The notes under the pieces were generated by a model. The model was not told the DNA's origin. It searched no databases and saw only the letters and a program-made list of their open reading frames with translations. Source: a bacterium (GTDB lineage Bacteria > Patescibacteriota > Minisyncoccia > Phycocordibacterales > UBA9973). From it: DNA of 64,000 nucleotides. A program made the position numbers and the translations under genes. Below, piece after piece: positions 17,660-26,794 of this stretch. The stretch is from assembly GCA_037143195.1 (NCBI GenBank), contig JBAWZD010000002.1, positions 207,157-271,156 of the forward strand, read 5' to 3'. Positions within the stretch are counted from its first letter, which is position 1; every line of letters starts with the position of its first letter.

Positions 17660-18271
17660 ATGAAAGATTTTCGAAGACCAAGCGGACAAGGACGTGATCG
17701 TGACGGAGGACAAGGATTTGGTGGCGGATACAACAAGTATTCGAGCAATCGCGATAGTGGCGAACGTGGCGAGCGCCGTGAGGTGCTTCATCGTGCCGTG
17801 TGTTCAGAATGTAACAATACCTGTGAAGTGCCATTCCGTCCAAACGGATCGAAGCCGGTGTATTGTAAGGATTGTTTCGGAAAGAAAAAGGGAGCATATC
17901 CAAGTAACAATGAAAAACCTGCGTTTGCTCCACGCGCTGAACACACACAAGCACCGCGTCCACAAACTCAGGCTCCAGACGGCCGTATCGACAAGCTCGT
18001 CTCAGAGATGAACGCAGTACACGCGAAACTTGAGCGCATCATCAAAATGATTGAGAATAATTCTTCAGTACGTTCTGTCGAATCTGTTGTTGTTCCTGCT
18101 ATGAAAAAGGCATACGACGCAGTCGAGAAAATTGTTGAGAAAGCTCCAGTAAAAAGTATCGAAAAAAACGCAGTCAAAGCTCCAGCAAAAAAGAAAGCTG
18201 TCGTTGTTGTAAAAAAGCCAGTTGCAAAAAGTGCTCCAAAGGCAAAACCGATCACAAAGAAAAAGAAATAA
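17660..18271 (+). CDS. CxxC-x17-CxxC zinc-ribbon protein with Lys/Ala-rich tail
   Basis: CSEC..CEVPFRP..KPVYCKDCF; Arg/Gly-rich N-terminus; histone H1-like C-terminus. Confidence 0.85.
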   Translation: MKDFRRPSGQGRDRDGGQGFGGGYNKYSSNRDSGERGERREVLHRAVCSECNNTCEVPFRPNGSKPVYCKDCFGKKKGAYPSNNEKPAFAPRAEHTQAPRPQTQAPDGRIDKLVSEMNAVHAKLERIIKMIENNSSVRSVESVVVPAMKKAYDAVEKIVEKAPVKSIEKNAVKAPAKKKAVVVVKKPVAKSAPKAKPITKKKK

Positions 18272-18281
18272 TAGGTACGAG

Positions 18282-18644
18282 CTACGCTCTGCCGTACGCA
18301 TCACTGATGCGGAAGATATCTCCCTCGTCGAATTCGCCGAGGGAGATTTCTAAAAATTCGACATCGTCAGTGGGTGCACTGATGCGATGTGTTTGTTTGC
18401 GTTGAATAGTAAATTCGTCACCTTTGTGTGCGGTTGTTTTTGTATCCCCAATTTCAACGATCGGGGTGCCACTTACGATATGCCAAAATTCTTCGCGATG
18501 GTTGTGATATTGCAGACTCAGTACGCCACCTTTTTTGACGGAGATTATTTTTATCGTTGCGGGTGTGTTTTGTGTAAACAGGCGAAACATACCCCATGGT
18601 CGTTCAGTATTTTCTGGATGTAGTTGCATATGATTATTCTCCAC
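18282..18644 (-). CDS. mannose-6-phosphate isomerase type II cupin domain
   Basis: ERPWG, LSLQYHNHREEFW, DIFRISDAYGR. Confidence 0.9.
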   Translation of the reverse strand: MENNHMQLHPENTERPWGMFRLFTQNTPATIKIISVKKGGVLSLQYHNHREEFWHIVSGTPIVEIGDTKTTAHKGDEFTIQRKQTHRISAPTDDVEFLEISLGEFDEGDIFRISDAYGRA

Positions 18645-19404
18645 TTAAGATATCGTTGATAATTCGTTTTGTTTCTTCGGGTCCGGATGTTTCGCGCGTG
18701 TGTGAACCAAGCCGGTGTACTGATGCGTCATTGCCACCTTCGAAGAGGGCATCGCCGATGTAGAGGAGCTCCTGTGGGAGAATGGTGAGATGATTCATGA
18801 GGCGTTCAAGACCAGAGGCTTTGTCGATGCCTTGCTTGGTGATGTCTATCGAGGTGCTTCCGCCGATGCGAACGGAGAATTCGGGAAGGCGGGCACGAAG
18901 CGCGAGCGCGATGCGCTCGCGCTTCGCATGGTCTGGATCCCAACCTTCCTTGAGTGCAAGCGGTGCCTCGCTCCCAAATGCCGAAAAAGTAATCTGTGAA
19001 TCTCTGTCCTCAATCAAAATTCCGTGTACTGTTTCTGGGTATACAAATCCTGTTTCACTGAGAGCCTCGTCAAATGCCTGAAAGATTTTTTTCTTTTCGT
19101 CGCTCGTGAGTACGCTTGTGTGGAGTGTGTTCCACGTATCGCCATATTCATACAGACTCGCGCCATTGGTCGAGATGATATGGACACGTCCCGCGTGATC
19201 CCTTCGTGGAGTGAATGTCGAGAGAAATTGCTTTTCAAATTGTTGAAATGCTGCACCTGACACTATTGCCACATGCATCTCATCGAGCAGACGAGTCAGT
19301 AAGTCTGCCATTTCCGGAGTCAATCGAGATTTGCTCTCGGCGAGTGTTCCGTCGAGATCAAAGGCGATGAGTTTCAAATTCTTTTTTGATGCAGGGATTT
19401 TCAT
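18634..19404 (-). CDS. HAD-IIB hydrolase, phosphomannomutase-like
   Basis: FDLDGTL, IEDRDSQITFS, GGSTSIDIT, GDALFEGGND. Confidence 0.85.
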   Translation of the reverse strand: MKIPASKKNLKLIAFDLDGTLAESKSRLTPEMADLLTRLLDEMHVAIVSGAAFQQFEKQFLSTFTPRRDHAGRVHIISTNGASLYEYGDTWNTLHTSVLTSDEKKKIFQAFDEALSETGFVYPETVHGILIEDRDSQITFSAFGSEAPLALKEGWDPDHAKRERIALALRARLPEFSVRIGGSTSIDITKQGIDKASGLERLMNHLTILPQELLYIGDALFEGGNDASVHRLGSHTRETSGPEETKRIINDILSGE

Positions 19405-19413
19405 ACCGTCTGA

Positions 19414-19845
19414 TTATGCTTTTTCTTCATATGCCTTCAGAAGCTCTGAAGAACTGCGGAGTTTGCCTCCGCCGACATTGAATACCATTTCTACACCGAG
19501 TTCTCGACAGACAGCTGATTCAGGAATGTCTTTCTCATCTTTGCGGTCACCACCGTTGGCGAAGATTGCGGGCTTGTACAATGCAATGGCTTCGCTCACA
19601 TCAGAAAGCTTGCTTTCAAGGACATACACATGGTCGACGCAGGAGAACCCACGAATGATTTCAGCGCGGTCAGCTGAGGACATGAATTTGCGACCTTTCT
19701 TGCGCATCAACCAATCATCACAATTGATGACGACGAGCAATTCGTCGCCGAGCGCCTTGGCTTCTTGAAACATGCGCAAATGTCCGACATGGATTGGGTC
19801 GAATCCACCGCTTACCATGACGAGTTTTTTCGAGTTTGGTTTCAT
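19414..19845 (-). CDS. cytidylyltransferase family (TagD/RfaE-II-like)
   Basis: SGGFDPIHVGH, FANGGDR, SSSELL. Confidence 0.88.
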   Translation of the reverse strand: MKPNSKKLVMVSGGFDPIHVGHLRMFQEAKALGDELLVVINCDDWLMRKKGRKFMSSADRAEIIRGFSCVDHVYVLESKLSDVSEAIALYKPAIFANGGDRKDEKDIPESAVCRELGVEMVFNVGGGKLRSSSELLKAYEEKA

Positions 19846-20528
19846 AGTTGTTGTAAAAATCGTTCAATATATCCGAGGACTACTTCGGGATTGTCATCCA
19901 TTACGTGCGTGCCGTTTTCAGAGAGGATAATGTCAGTGTGTGCATTCGTGCATTTGTTTGCGTATTCGGTAAGGACGCGATAATCGGCAACGCTGTCTTG
20001 CTTGCTCTGAACAAAGAGAACATGCGTGGTGATTTTCTCAAGTCCCTGCAAGAAACGATTCTGCATATAGTCGACAGCCATGCGAAGTGCTCCAATTGGG
20101 AACATACGACGACTTTTCTTTTTTTCGAGTGGACGATAGAGCGGGTAGATGATTGGCGCAATGTACGAACCAAGACGAATGAGTCGAGGATAGCGGAGTC
20201 GAAATGGTGTTCCAATGCTCACGATACCGTCGAGATCGTGGTGGGTCTTTTCATGCTCGAGGAGCATCGCTCCGCCAAGACTAATACCGACGCCGACGAC
20301 TTTTTGGTGTGTTGTTTTTGCATCGCGGATTATTGCTTCGATCGATGTAAGTGCATTGGGAATGGTGATCTTTGAAAAATCGTCCGAAGGAACAGCTCCA
20401 AAGAAATTCGTGCTCACAGCCTGATAGCCACGTTCGGTGAGGAGCGTCTTTAGTTTTTGTACTGGTACATCATCAGGCGCAAACCCGGGGAGTAGTACGA
20501 AGCAGATATTTTTGGGAGGAATATGCAT
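19842..20528 (-). CDS. alpha/beta hydrolase (carboxylesterase/lipase-like)
   Basis: GISLGG nucleophile elbow; Asp in QDSV; His in GTHV. Confidence 0.85.
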   Translation of the reverse strand: MHIPPKNICFVLLPGFAPDDVPVQKLKTLLTERGYQAVSTNFFGAVPSDDFSKITIPNALTSIEAIIRDAKTTHQKVVGVGISLGGAMLLEHEKTHHDLDGIVSIGTPFRLRYPRLIRLGSYIAPIIYPLYRPLEKKKSRRMFPIGALRMAVDYMQNRFLQGLEKITTHVLFVQSKQDSVADYRVLTEYANKCTNAHTDIILSENGTHVMDDNPEVVLGYIERFLQQL

Positions 20529-20539
20529 ACGTTTGAATA

Positions 20540-21193
20540 TTAGGGTAATGCTTCTTGGGTTCCTGTGTGAAAGATTGAGAGGTCTTTTGCAAAGAAGATT
20601 GTCGCAAGGCGGAAGATCGTGTAGGTGATATAGAATGCACCAAGAACATCAATGGAATAATGGTAGTGTCCAAGGAGAACGACGATTCCAAAGAAGATAG
20701 AGCAAAAGATAAAGAAGTAACGAAGCCATGGACGGTCCCAACAGATAAGAGCCATGAGAAAGGGGAAGCCGGTATGAGCTGAGAAGAATAAATCAGCGGC
20801 AAATGTGTATTGTTGGATGAGCCACGGAATGTTTTGGTTGACGGGAACGAATGGTCCAAGATGTGTCAGCGAAATAAATACTGCACGAGTTACAATGAAG
20901 AGTGAGATTGCTTTCAGTGTAAACGGGAGACGCTTTGGTTCGTAGATTGAGAGATACGAAAAGAAGAGCCACATGAGTACCGGTGCGTAGGTGAAGATGA
21001 TTGCAACATTGAATACCGGCACGTTACTGAGTACGATATCCGTGACCGTGCTACTTGCGTGCGTCGTAGCATAACGACTCGCGTAGAAATTGATGACGAG
21101 GCTCACGATGAGCATAACGATCCCAAGTGCGAGCGATGTTTGGAAATATCTACTTCGAATGTCGTTTTTGTTTTTATGAATCCAATTTTTCAT
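20540..21193 (-). CDS. sphingomyelin synthase-like PAP2 membrane phosphotransferase
   Basis: 6 TM; DLFFSAHT and HYHYSIDV motifs. Confidence 0.82.
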   Translation of the reverse strand: MKNWIHKNKNDIRSRYFQTSLALGIVMLIVSLVINFYASRYATTHASSTVTDIVLSNVPVFNVAIIFTYAPVLMWLFFSYLSIYEPKRLPFTLKAISLFIVTRAVFISLTHLGPFVPVNQNIPWLIQQYTFAADLFFSAHTGFPFLMALICWDRPWLRYFFIFCSIFFGIVVLLGHYHYSIDVLGAFYITYTIFRLATIFFAKDLSIFHTGTQEALP

Positions 21194-21194
21194 A

Positions 21195-22364
21195 CTACTT
21201 TTGTGTCACACGTGTATAGATTGTTTCAAACGCACCGATTGTCGATTTGATTCCGTGAGGATTGATGATCTCAAGACTTTTTGCACCCATCTGTGCACGG
21301 AGTTTTTCATTCGTGAAGAGGAGCGTAATTTTTTCTGCGATCGTCGTGTAGTCTGCAGGTTCAAAGAGAAAACCATTTTCTCCGTCGTGCACGAGTTCGG
21401 GAAGGGCGAGTGCGTTGACTGCAATGATCGGGAGGCCTGAAGCCATTGCTTCCATCACGACGATACATTGGAGCTCTACCATGCAGGCAATCGTGAAGCA
21501 CGTACTTGTTGCATAGAGTGCTGGTAGATCTTCGTCAGGGACAAATCCGAGGAACGTGACGCGGTCGAGGATCTCGAGTTTTGCGGCAAGCTTTTGCAGA
21601 CGAACTTGTTCTTGGCCCTTGCCGGCGATTGCAAAGTGAAGGCTTACGTTTTTGGGAACGAGTTTGATTGCGTGCAAAATATGGTCAACATTTTTTTCTT
21701 TGTCGAGACGGCCAACATACAGGAGGAGAGGTTTGTTTGGTAAACCATATTTTGCGCGAATCGATTCGTCTTTGTTGCTTGGGTTGAATCGAGTGAGGTC
21801 GATACCACAGGAGATAGCATGGACTTCTTGTGAAAATCCGTTTTTGCGAACAAGATTCGCGGCGCTTTCAGTTGGTGTTGTGACTGCGCTGAGTGGGTCA
21901 AAGACTTTGCGGAAATCACCCCATGCAAAATCCATCACCATTTTTTCGAGCTTTTTAGGGAGGTGGAGATAGTGAACAAGATTCTCTGGCATGAAATGGT
22001 TTGTGCCAACAATCGGAGTATTCTTATTGTGTGTTTTTACCCCTTTGATGACTTTTTTTGAAACGGCGAAATGTCCTTGGAGGTGCACAACATCAGGATT
22101 GAATTCTTTGATCGTTTGCGTGATACGGCCTTGGATGAGGACGGGAATGACAACACGGAATCCAAACGACATGACAGGGATTGAAGGTACGCCGAACATT
22201 CTGACTCCATTAAAATTTGCGTTTTCAAATCCAAACTTTGTTGCTGGTGCAATCACGAGTACGTCATGACCTTGTTCTTTGAGATAGTAGGCGAGACGCT
22301 GAGTGAAGTATGATGCGCCGTTGACGTGCGGGTAATAGGTGTCTGAAGAAATAAGTATTTTCAT
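21195..22364 (-). CDS. GT4 family glycosyltransferase (glycolipid synthase-like)
   Basis: SDTYYPHVNG, YVGRLDKEKN, ELQCIVVMEAMASGLP. Confidence 0.92.
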   Translation of the reverse strand: MKILISSDTYYPHVNGASYFTQRLAYYLKEQGHDVLVIAPATKFGFENANFNGVRMFGVPSIPVMSFGFRVVIPVLIQGRITQTIKEFNPDVVHLQGHFAVSKKVIKGVKTHNKNTPIVGTNHFMPENLVHYLHLPKKLEKMVMDFAWGDFRKVFDPLSAVTTPTESAANLVRKNGFSQEVHAISCGIDLTRFNPSNKDESIRAKYGLPNKPLLLYVGRLDKEKNVDHILHAIKLVPKNVSLHFAIAGKGQEQVRLQKLAAKLEILDRVTFLGFVPDEDLPALYATSTCFTIACMVELQCIVVMEAMASGLPIIAVNALALPELVHDGENGFLFEPADYTTIAEKITLLFTNEKLRAQMGAKSLEIINPHGIKSTIGAFETIYTRVTQK

Positions 22365-22930
22365 CGAATTCGAGTTTTAAATTTGATAATAAGAAAAACG
22401 ATAAGCGTGATACCGACGACGGCAGTTATGATTCCAAAATAGCCGAGGTATGTGTTGAGTTGTTGATATGCATGACCGAACAGTATGCCAAGGAGGAGGA
22501 ATACTGCAGATTGAATGAGGGAAATGCCAAGACAAGTGAAAAAGAATTTTTTGTATGAGATGTGCAGGCTTCCAGCTGCGACGAGTCCCGAGATGCCAAC
22601 ACCATGTACAATCTTCGACATCACAAGCGCTTTGTGATGATGGGTAGTGAAATATTCACGCGCTTCATCGAGCTTTTGCTGGTTGATTGATTTTCCAAAG
22701 AAGCGATGCACGACACTTCGACTGCCTCGTCCAAACCAATAGAGGAATGAATCACCGATCGCATCGCCTGCGACAACGAGACCGTACACTATAAATGGGT
22801 TAAAGATATGTGTGGTAACAAAGAAACCGGCAATAATAGTAATGATAGGTCCTTCGATAATCGCAAGTGGAAATATGAAGACATACCTATACGAGAGAAG
22901 TAACGAAAGTATTTTCGACATGGTAAACAT
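22361..22930 (-). CDS. DedA/VTT family membrane protein
   Basis: AIIEGP, GDAIGDSFLYWFGR; likely start 22930 or 22921. Confidence 0.85.
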   Translation of the reverse strand: MFTMSKILSLLLSYRYVFIFPLAIIEGPIITIIAGFFVTTHIFNPFIVYGLVVAGDAIGDSFLYWFGRGSRSVVHRFFGKSINQQKLDEAREYFTTHHHKALVMSKIVHGVGISGLVAAGSLHISYKKFFFTCLGISLIQSAVFLLLGILFGHAYQQLNTYLGYFGIITAVVGITLIVFLIIKFKTRIR

Positions 22931-23014
22931 GGCTACCAGTATGCCCGAATGAATATGAAAATAAGATGAAGAATACGATATGGACGTCGTCATGTTCCGT
23001 GGTAGTATCGAGGA

Positions 23015-23683
23015 ATGAAGATCTTGGTCGTCGAAGATGAGCCGAAACTCGCACTGTCGATACAAAAAGGCCTTATGCAAGAAGGGTATGTTGTCGATGT
23101 GCTTGGAGATGGTCTTCACGCACTCCATCGAATCAAAGAGAACTCTCACGGATATGATCTTGTGATTCTTGACTTGATGCTTCCAAACAAAGATGGGCTC
23201 GCGGTATGTCGAGAGGTGCGAGCAGCACGTATTTTTATACCACTATTGATGCTCACGGCACGAGATACGAAGAGTGATGTTGTAGTTGGGCTTGATGCTG
23301 GTGCGGATGATTATCTGATTAAACCGTTTTCTTTTGAAGAGTTGCTCGCGCGCATACGCTCGCTCGCTCGTCGCCCAATCCAATTTGAGTCCGAACAATT
23401 AGAATCTCGAGGGCTCGTGATGAACACAAAGACTCGTGTGGTGCTACAAAATGGAGAAGAAATTGCACTCACATTTAAAGAATTCGCACTCCTTGAATTC
23501 TTGATGAAGCACAGAGGGCAGGTTGTCACACGCGAAGAACTACTCGAACATGTCTGGGACTTTGCATTTGATTCGTTTAGTAACGTGGTCGATGTTCATA
23601 TTAAAAACCTTCGAAAAAAAATAAACACACATGAAGAAATTTTGGAAACAGTGCGTGGGGTGGGGTACCGCTTATTGGCGTAA
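23015..23683 (+). CDS. OmpR-family response regulator
   Basis: ILVVEDE, LDLMLP, GADDYLIKPF, ETVRGVGY. Confidence 0.96.
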   Translation: MKILVVEDEPKLALSIQKGLMQEGYVVDVLGDGLHALHRIKENSHGYDLVILDLMLPNKDGLAVCREVRAARIFIPLLMLTARDTKSDVVVGLDAGADDYLIKPFSFEELLARIRSLARRPIQFESEQLESRGLVMNTKTRVVLQNGEEIALTFKEFALLEFLMKHRGQVVTREELLEHVWDFAFDSFSNVVDVHIKNLRKKINTHEEILETVRGVGYRLLA

Positions 23684-24644
23684 TATTTTTCTCCGTACTC
23701 GAATCGTCCTTACGATGTATTACGTGCTCGTGGTGACCGTCATCATGTCGGTGTTTAGTACATTTTTGTATCTTGCACTCGAAAAAAATTTGCAGGATTC
23801 GATGGGTGAACTGCCTATTGTTGCGGTCTCAACACGACACTTGCTCCACATGGCACGCGAACATTTGGCGCATACTATTATTACGGTCGACGGGCTGACT
23901 CTTATCATTGTCGCGGTGTTGTGTTATCTGCTCGCGGGGTGGACACTTCGTCCAATCAAACGAGCACTTGATGACCAGCGTGCCTTTAGTGCCGATGCTT
24001 CACATGAATTGCGCACGCCACTCGCAGTCATCCAAAGCGAATCTGAAGTTTTGCTTCGGACCGCTTCACCAACGATTGATGAGTATCGTCACGTTGTAAA
24101 GAGTGCGCTCGAGGAAGTCATGCGAATGAAGAAGATCGTTGATGGTCTGCTTGTTCTCGCTCGTTCCGAACAAATCACGAGCGGACGATTCCAGCCTGTC
24201 GATCTTGGTCGTTTGCTCGATGATATTGTTGGTACCTTCGCTCCAATCGCGATTGCGCGCACTGTCATACTCTCAAGTCACAATATACAAGAGACCGTGA
24301 TGGTGAAGGGGCATGAGACAAAATTGAGGCATGCGTTTGGAAATGTTCTCAAAAACGCGCTTGATTTTACTCCTTCCGGAAAATCAGTGATTGTCCGTCT
24401 TCTGACACAAGGGAATCGCGCCGTCGTAGAGATTGTTGATACAGGGTCAGGGATTACAAACGAGGATCTGCCTCATGTATTTGAGCGATTCTATAAATCA
24501 AACGGACCACGCGAAGAACGGAATGGGACAGGGCTCGGGCTTGCGATCACAAAAGAAATTGTTGAAAACCATAACGGCACTGTGTCTATCACGAGTACAC
24601 TTGGTGAAGGCACGTGCGTTGTGTTTGATTTTCCGCTCATGTAA
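23631..24644 (+). CDS. sensor histidine kinase
   Basis: 2 TM; H-box ASHELRTP; N, G1 (DTGSG), F and G2 (GTGLGL) boxes; start uncertain because it overlaps the RR end. Confidence 0.93.
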   Translation: MKKFWKQCVGWGTAYWRNIFLRTRIVLTMYYVLVVTVIMSVFSTFLYLALEKNLQDSMGELPIVAVSTRHLLHMAREHLAHTIITVDGLTLIIVAVLCYLLAGWTLRPIKRALDDQRAFSADASHELRTPLAVIQSESEVLLRTASPTIDEYRHVVKSALEEVMRMKKIVDGLLVLARSEQITSGRFQPVDLGRLLDDIVGTFAPIAIARTVILSSHNIQETVMVKGHETKLRHAFGNVLKNALDFTPSGKSVIVRLLTQGNRAVVEIVDTGSGITNEDLPHVFERFYKSNGPREERNGTGLGLAITKEIVENHNGTVSITSTLGEGTCVVFDFPLM

Positions 24645-24649
24645 CATAA

Positions 24650-25348
24650 ATGTATATGGATACTTCATCTACGATAATTGATTTAACACATACGATCTCG
24701 TCCAAGACACCGACGTTCGATGGCGGATGTGGATTCTATCTTTCGACTACGGTCGATTATCACGAGTGTACAGAACCGAATTTGTTTCGAGTGCAAAAGA
24801 TTGATATGCGTGCAGGTATTGGTACGCATATTGATGCGCCAGCGCATTGTATCGAAGGTGGTGAGACAATTGAATCACTCAAGCTTGAGAATCTCGTGAC
24901 TGCATGTGTGATGATCGCTGTTGATACGGGTGGCGAAGAAACATTTCGAATCCTTCCTGAGATCGTAGAAGCATTTGAAAAAACGCACGGACAAATTGCA
25001 TCAAATTCATTTGTTATTTTTTATACAGGGTGGGACAAGTACTGGGACACCGCAGAAAAATATTTGAATGATCACAAATCACCGAGTATCGATGTTCGCA
25101 CGGCCGAGCTTTTACTTGCTCGAAATGTCTCAGGAATTGGCATTGATACATTGTCCGCGGATAGCGGAGCAGAAGATTTTCCCGTGCACCGTGCAGTGCT
25201 TGGTGCAGGGAAGTATCTCGTAGAAAATATTGCGAATGCATCAAAACTTCCGTCGGTTGGTGCGCAGAGTATCGTGCTTCCGATGAAAATACAGGATGCA
25301 ACAGAATCACCAGTGCGTCTGATTGCGCTCGTTCCGTCAAAAATCTAG
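24650..25348 (+). CDS. cyclase family (kynurenine formamidase-like) protein
   Basis: IDLTH, GTHIDAPAH, GIDTLS, VEN, SPVR. Confidence 0.9.
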   Translation: MYMDTSSTIIDLTHTISSKTPTFDGGCGFYLSTTVDYHECTEPNLFRVQKIDMRAGIGTHIDAPAHCIEGGETIESLKLENLVTACVMIAVDTGGEETFRILPEIVEAFEKTHGQIASNSFVIFYTGWDKYWDTAEKYLNDHKSPSIDVRTAELLLARNVSGIGIDTLSADSGAEDFPVHRAVLGAGKYLVENIANASKLPSVGAQSIVLPMKIQDATESPVRLIALVPSKI

Positions 25349-25378
25349 TCGAGCATCGTGTGGTATACTAGGTGAATT

Positions 25379-26101
25379 ATGACAACACAACGCGACCCAA
25401 TCGTACACACAGAAATTCACGCGACGACTATCAACTCAAAGCTGAATTGGTTGCGCGCTGCGGTTCTCGGAGCGAATGACGGAATCGTTTCTGTCTCATC
25501 TGTTGTTGTGGGTGTTGCGGGTGCGACAAACACGACCGGATTTATTTTGACTGCAGGTGTGGCGAGTCTCGTTGCCGGAGCACTTTCGATGGCTGTTGGT
25601 GAATATGTGTCCGTCAGTACACAGCGCGATACCGAACGTGCACTTCTTGAAAAAGAGCGTTGGGAATTGGTGAATGAACCAGAAGCTGAACAACAAGAAC
25701 TTGCGACGATTTACCAGCAAAAGGGTTTGTCAGAAAAGACAGCTCAGCTCGTAGCGCAAGAATTGACTGATCACGATGCGTTTGCTGCACACGTCGACGC
25801 AGAACTCGGACTCGACCCAGATGATCTCACGAACCCATGGCATGCAGCGTATGCTTCTGGTGCGGCGTTTTTCTGTGGAGCGATTATTCCACTTCTTGCA
25901 ATTGTATTACCACCCGCATCAATTCGTATTCCGGTCACATTCGGCGCAGTCATTATTGCCCTTATAATCACGGGAGGATTGAGTGCTCATGCAGGAGGTG
26001 CAAGCAAGCGCAAAGCGACACTTCGCGTTGTTGGAGGAGGATTGATTGCGATGCTTGTAACATTCGGAATCGGAAAATTGTTCGGCGTTGCGGGAATATA
26101 A
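25379..26101 (+). CDS. VIT1/CCC1 family Fe/Mn transporter
   Basis: LRAAVLGANDGIVS, SMAVGEYVSV. Confidence 0.95.
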   Translation: MTTQRDPIVHTEIHATTINSKLNWLRAAVLGANDGIVSVSSVVVGVAGATNTTGFILTAGVASLVAGALSMAVGEYVSVSTQRDTERALLEKERWELVNEPEAEQQELATIYQQKGLSEKTAQLVAQELTDHDAFAAHVDAELGLDPDDLTNPWHAAYASGAAFFCGAIIPLLAIVLPPASIRIPVTFGAVIIALIITGGLSAHAGGASKRKATLRVVGGGLIAMLVTFGIGKLFGVAGI

Positions 26102-26104
26102 TCG

Positions 26105-26761
26105 CTAGTGAGTGATTCCAGGAATAATAAAGAAACCGTACAATACGGCGCAGAAATTGAGTGCTGCGTGTGAGAGGATAATGAGTGGCAAACTTGGGTA
26201 ACGAAGATACATCACGGCAAACCCAATACCACCAACGAACGCGACTGGCAACCCGACCATCGGGTTTGGAAATATTGTATGCAAGAAAACGAAGATGAGT
26301 GTATTGGTAATGACAATCATCGGTACATTGCGTGAGAGTTTGCCGAGTGCCGGAATGAGATACCCACGATACGCAACTTCTTGAAAGAACGATACGACAA
26401 AAAAGAGATAGAGGAAATGACTGTGCGTCCACCAACGTTTGATCTCTTCATTTTTAATAATATATTCACCGAATCCAATCAGGAGGAGCATCATGATGAT
26501 GGTGAATGCGAGATAGGGGAGGAAGTATTTTTTTAGAGTGCTTCTTTCCAAGAAAAACATACTTGGCGTCCATTTTTCATACACCAGAATCCCCGTGAAG
26601 AGTGTCACCATACCGACAAGTACAAATACTCGATCAGTAATCGGGATAATCTTTGCGTAAATGAGAGCGACTGGGATGATAAAAACAAGCACGATTTGAA
26701 TGAAAATTTCTATTCGGCTTGTTTCGATGCGACGAATCGCATGACTGACGCTTCTATGCAT
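26105..26761 (-). CDS. CPBP (CAAX prenyl protease 2/Abi) intramembrane metalloprotease
   Basis: QEVAYRG, FVFLH, HAALN motifs; polytopic. Confidence 0.85.
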   Translation of the reverse strand: MHRSVSHAIRRIETSRIEIFIQIVLVFIIPVALIYAKIIPITDRVFVLVGMVTLFTGILVYEKWTPSMFFLERSTLKKYFLPYLAFTIIMMLLLIGFGEYIIKNEEIKRWWTHSHFLYLFFVVSFFQEVAYRGYLIPALGKLSRNVPMIVITNTLIFVFLHTIFPNPMVGLPVAFVGGIGFAVMYLRYPSLPLIILSHAALNFCAVLYGFFIIPGITH

Positions 26762-26794
26762 ATCGATTTTAGTATATCATGGTGCGTATTCAAT

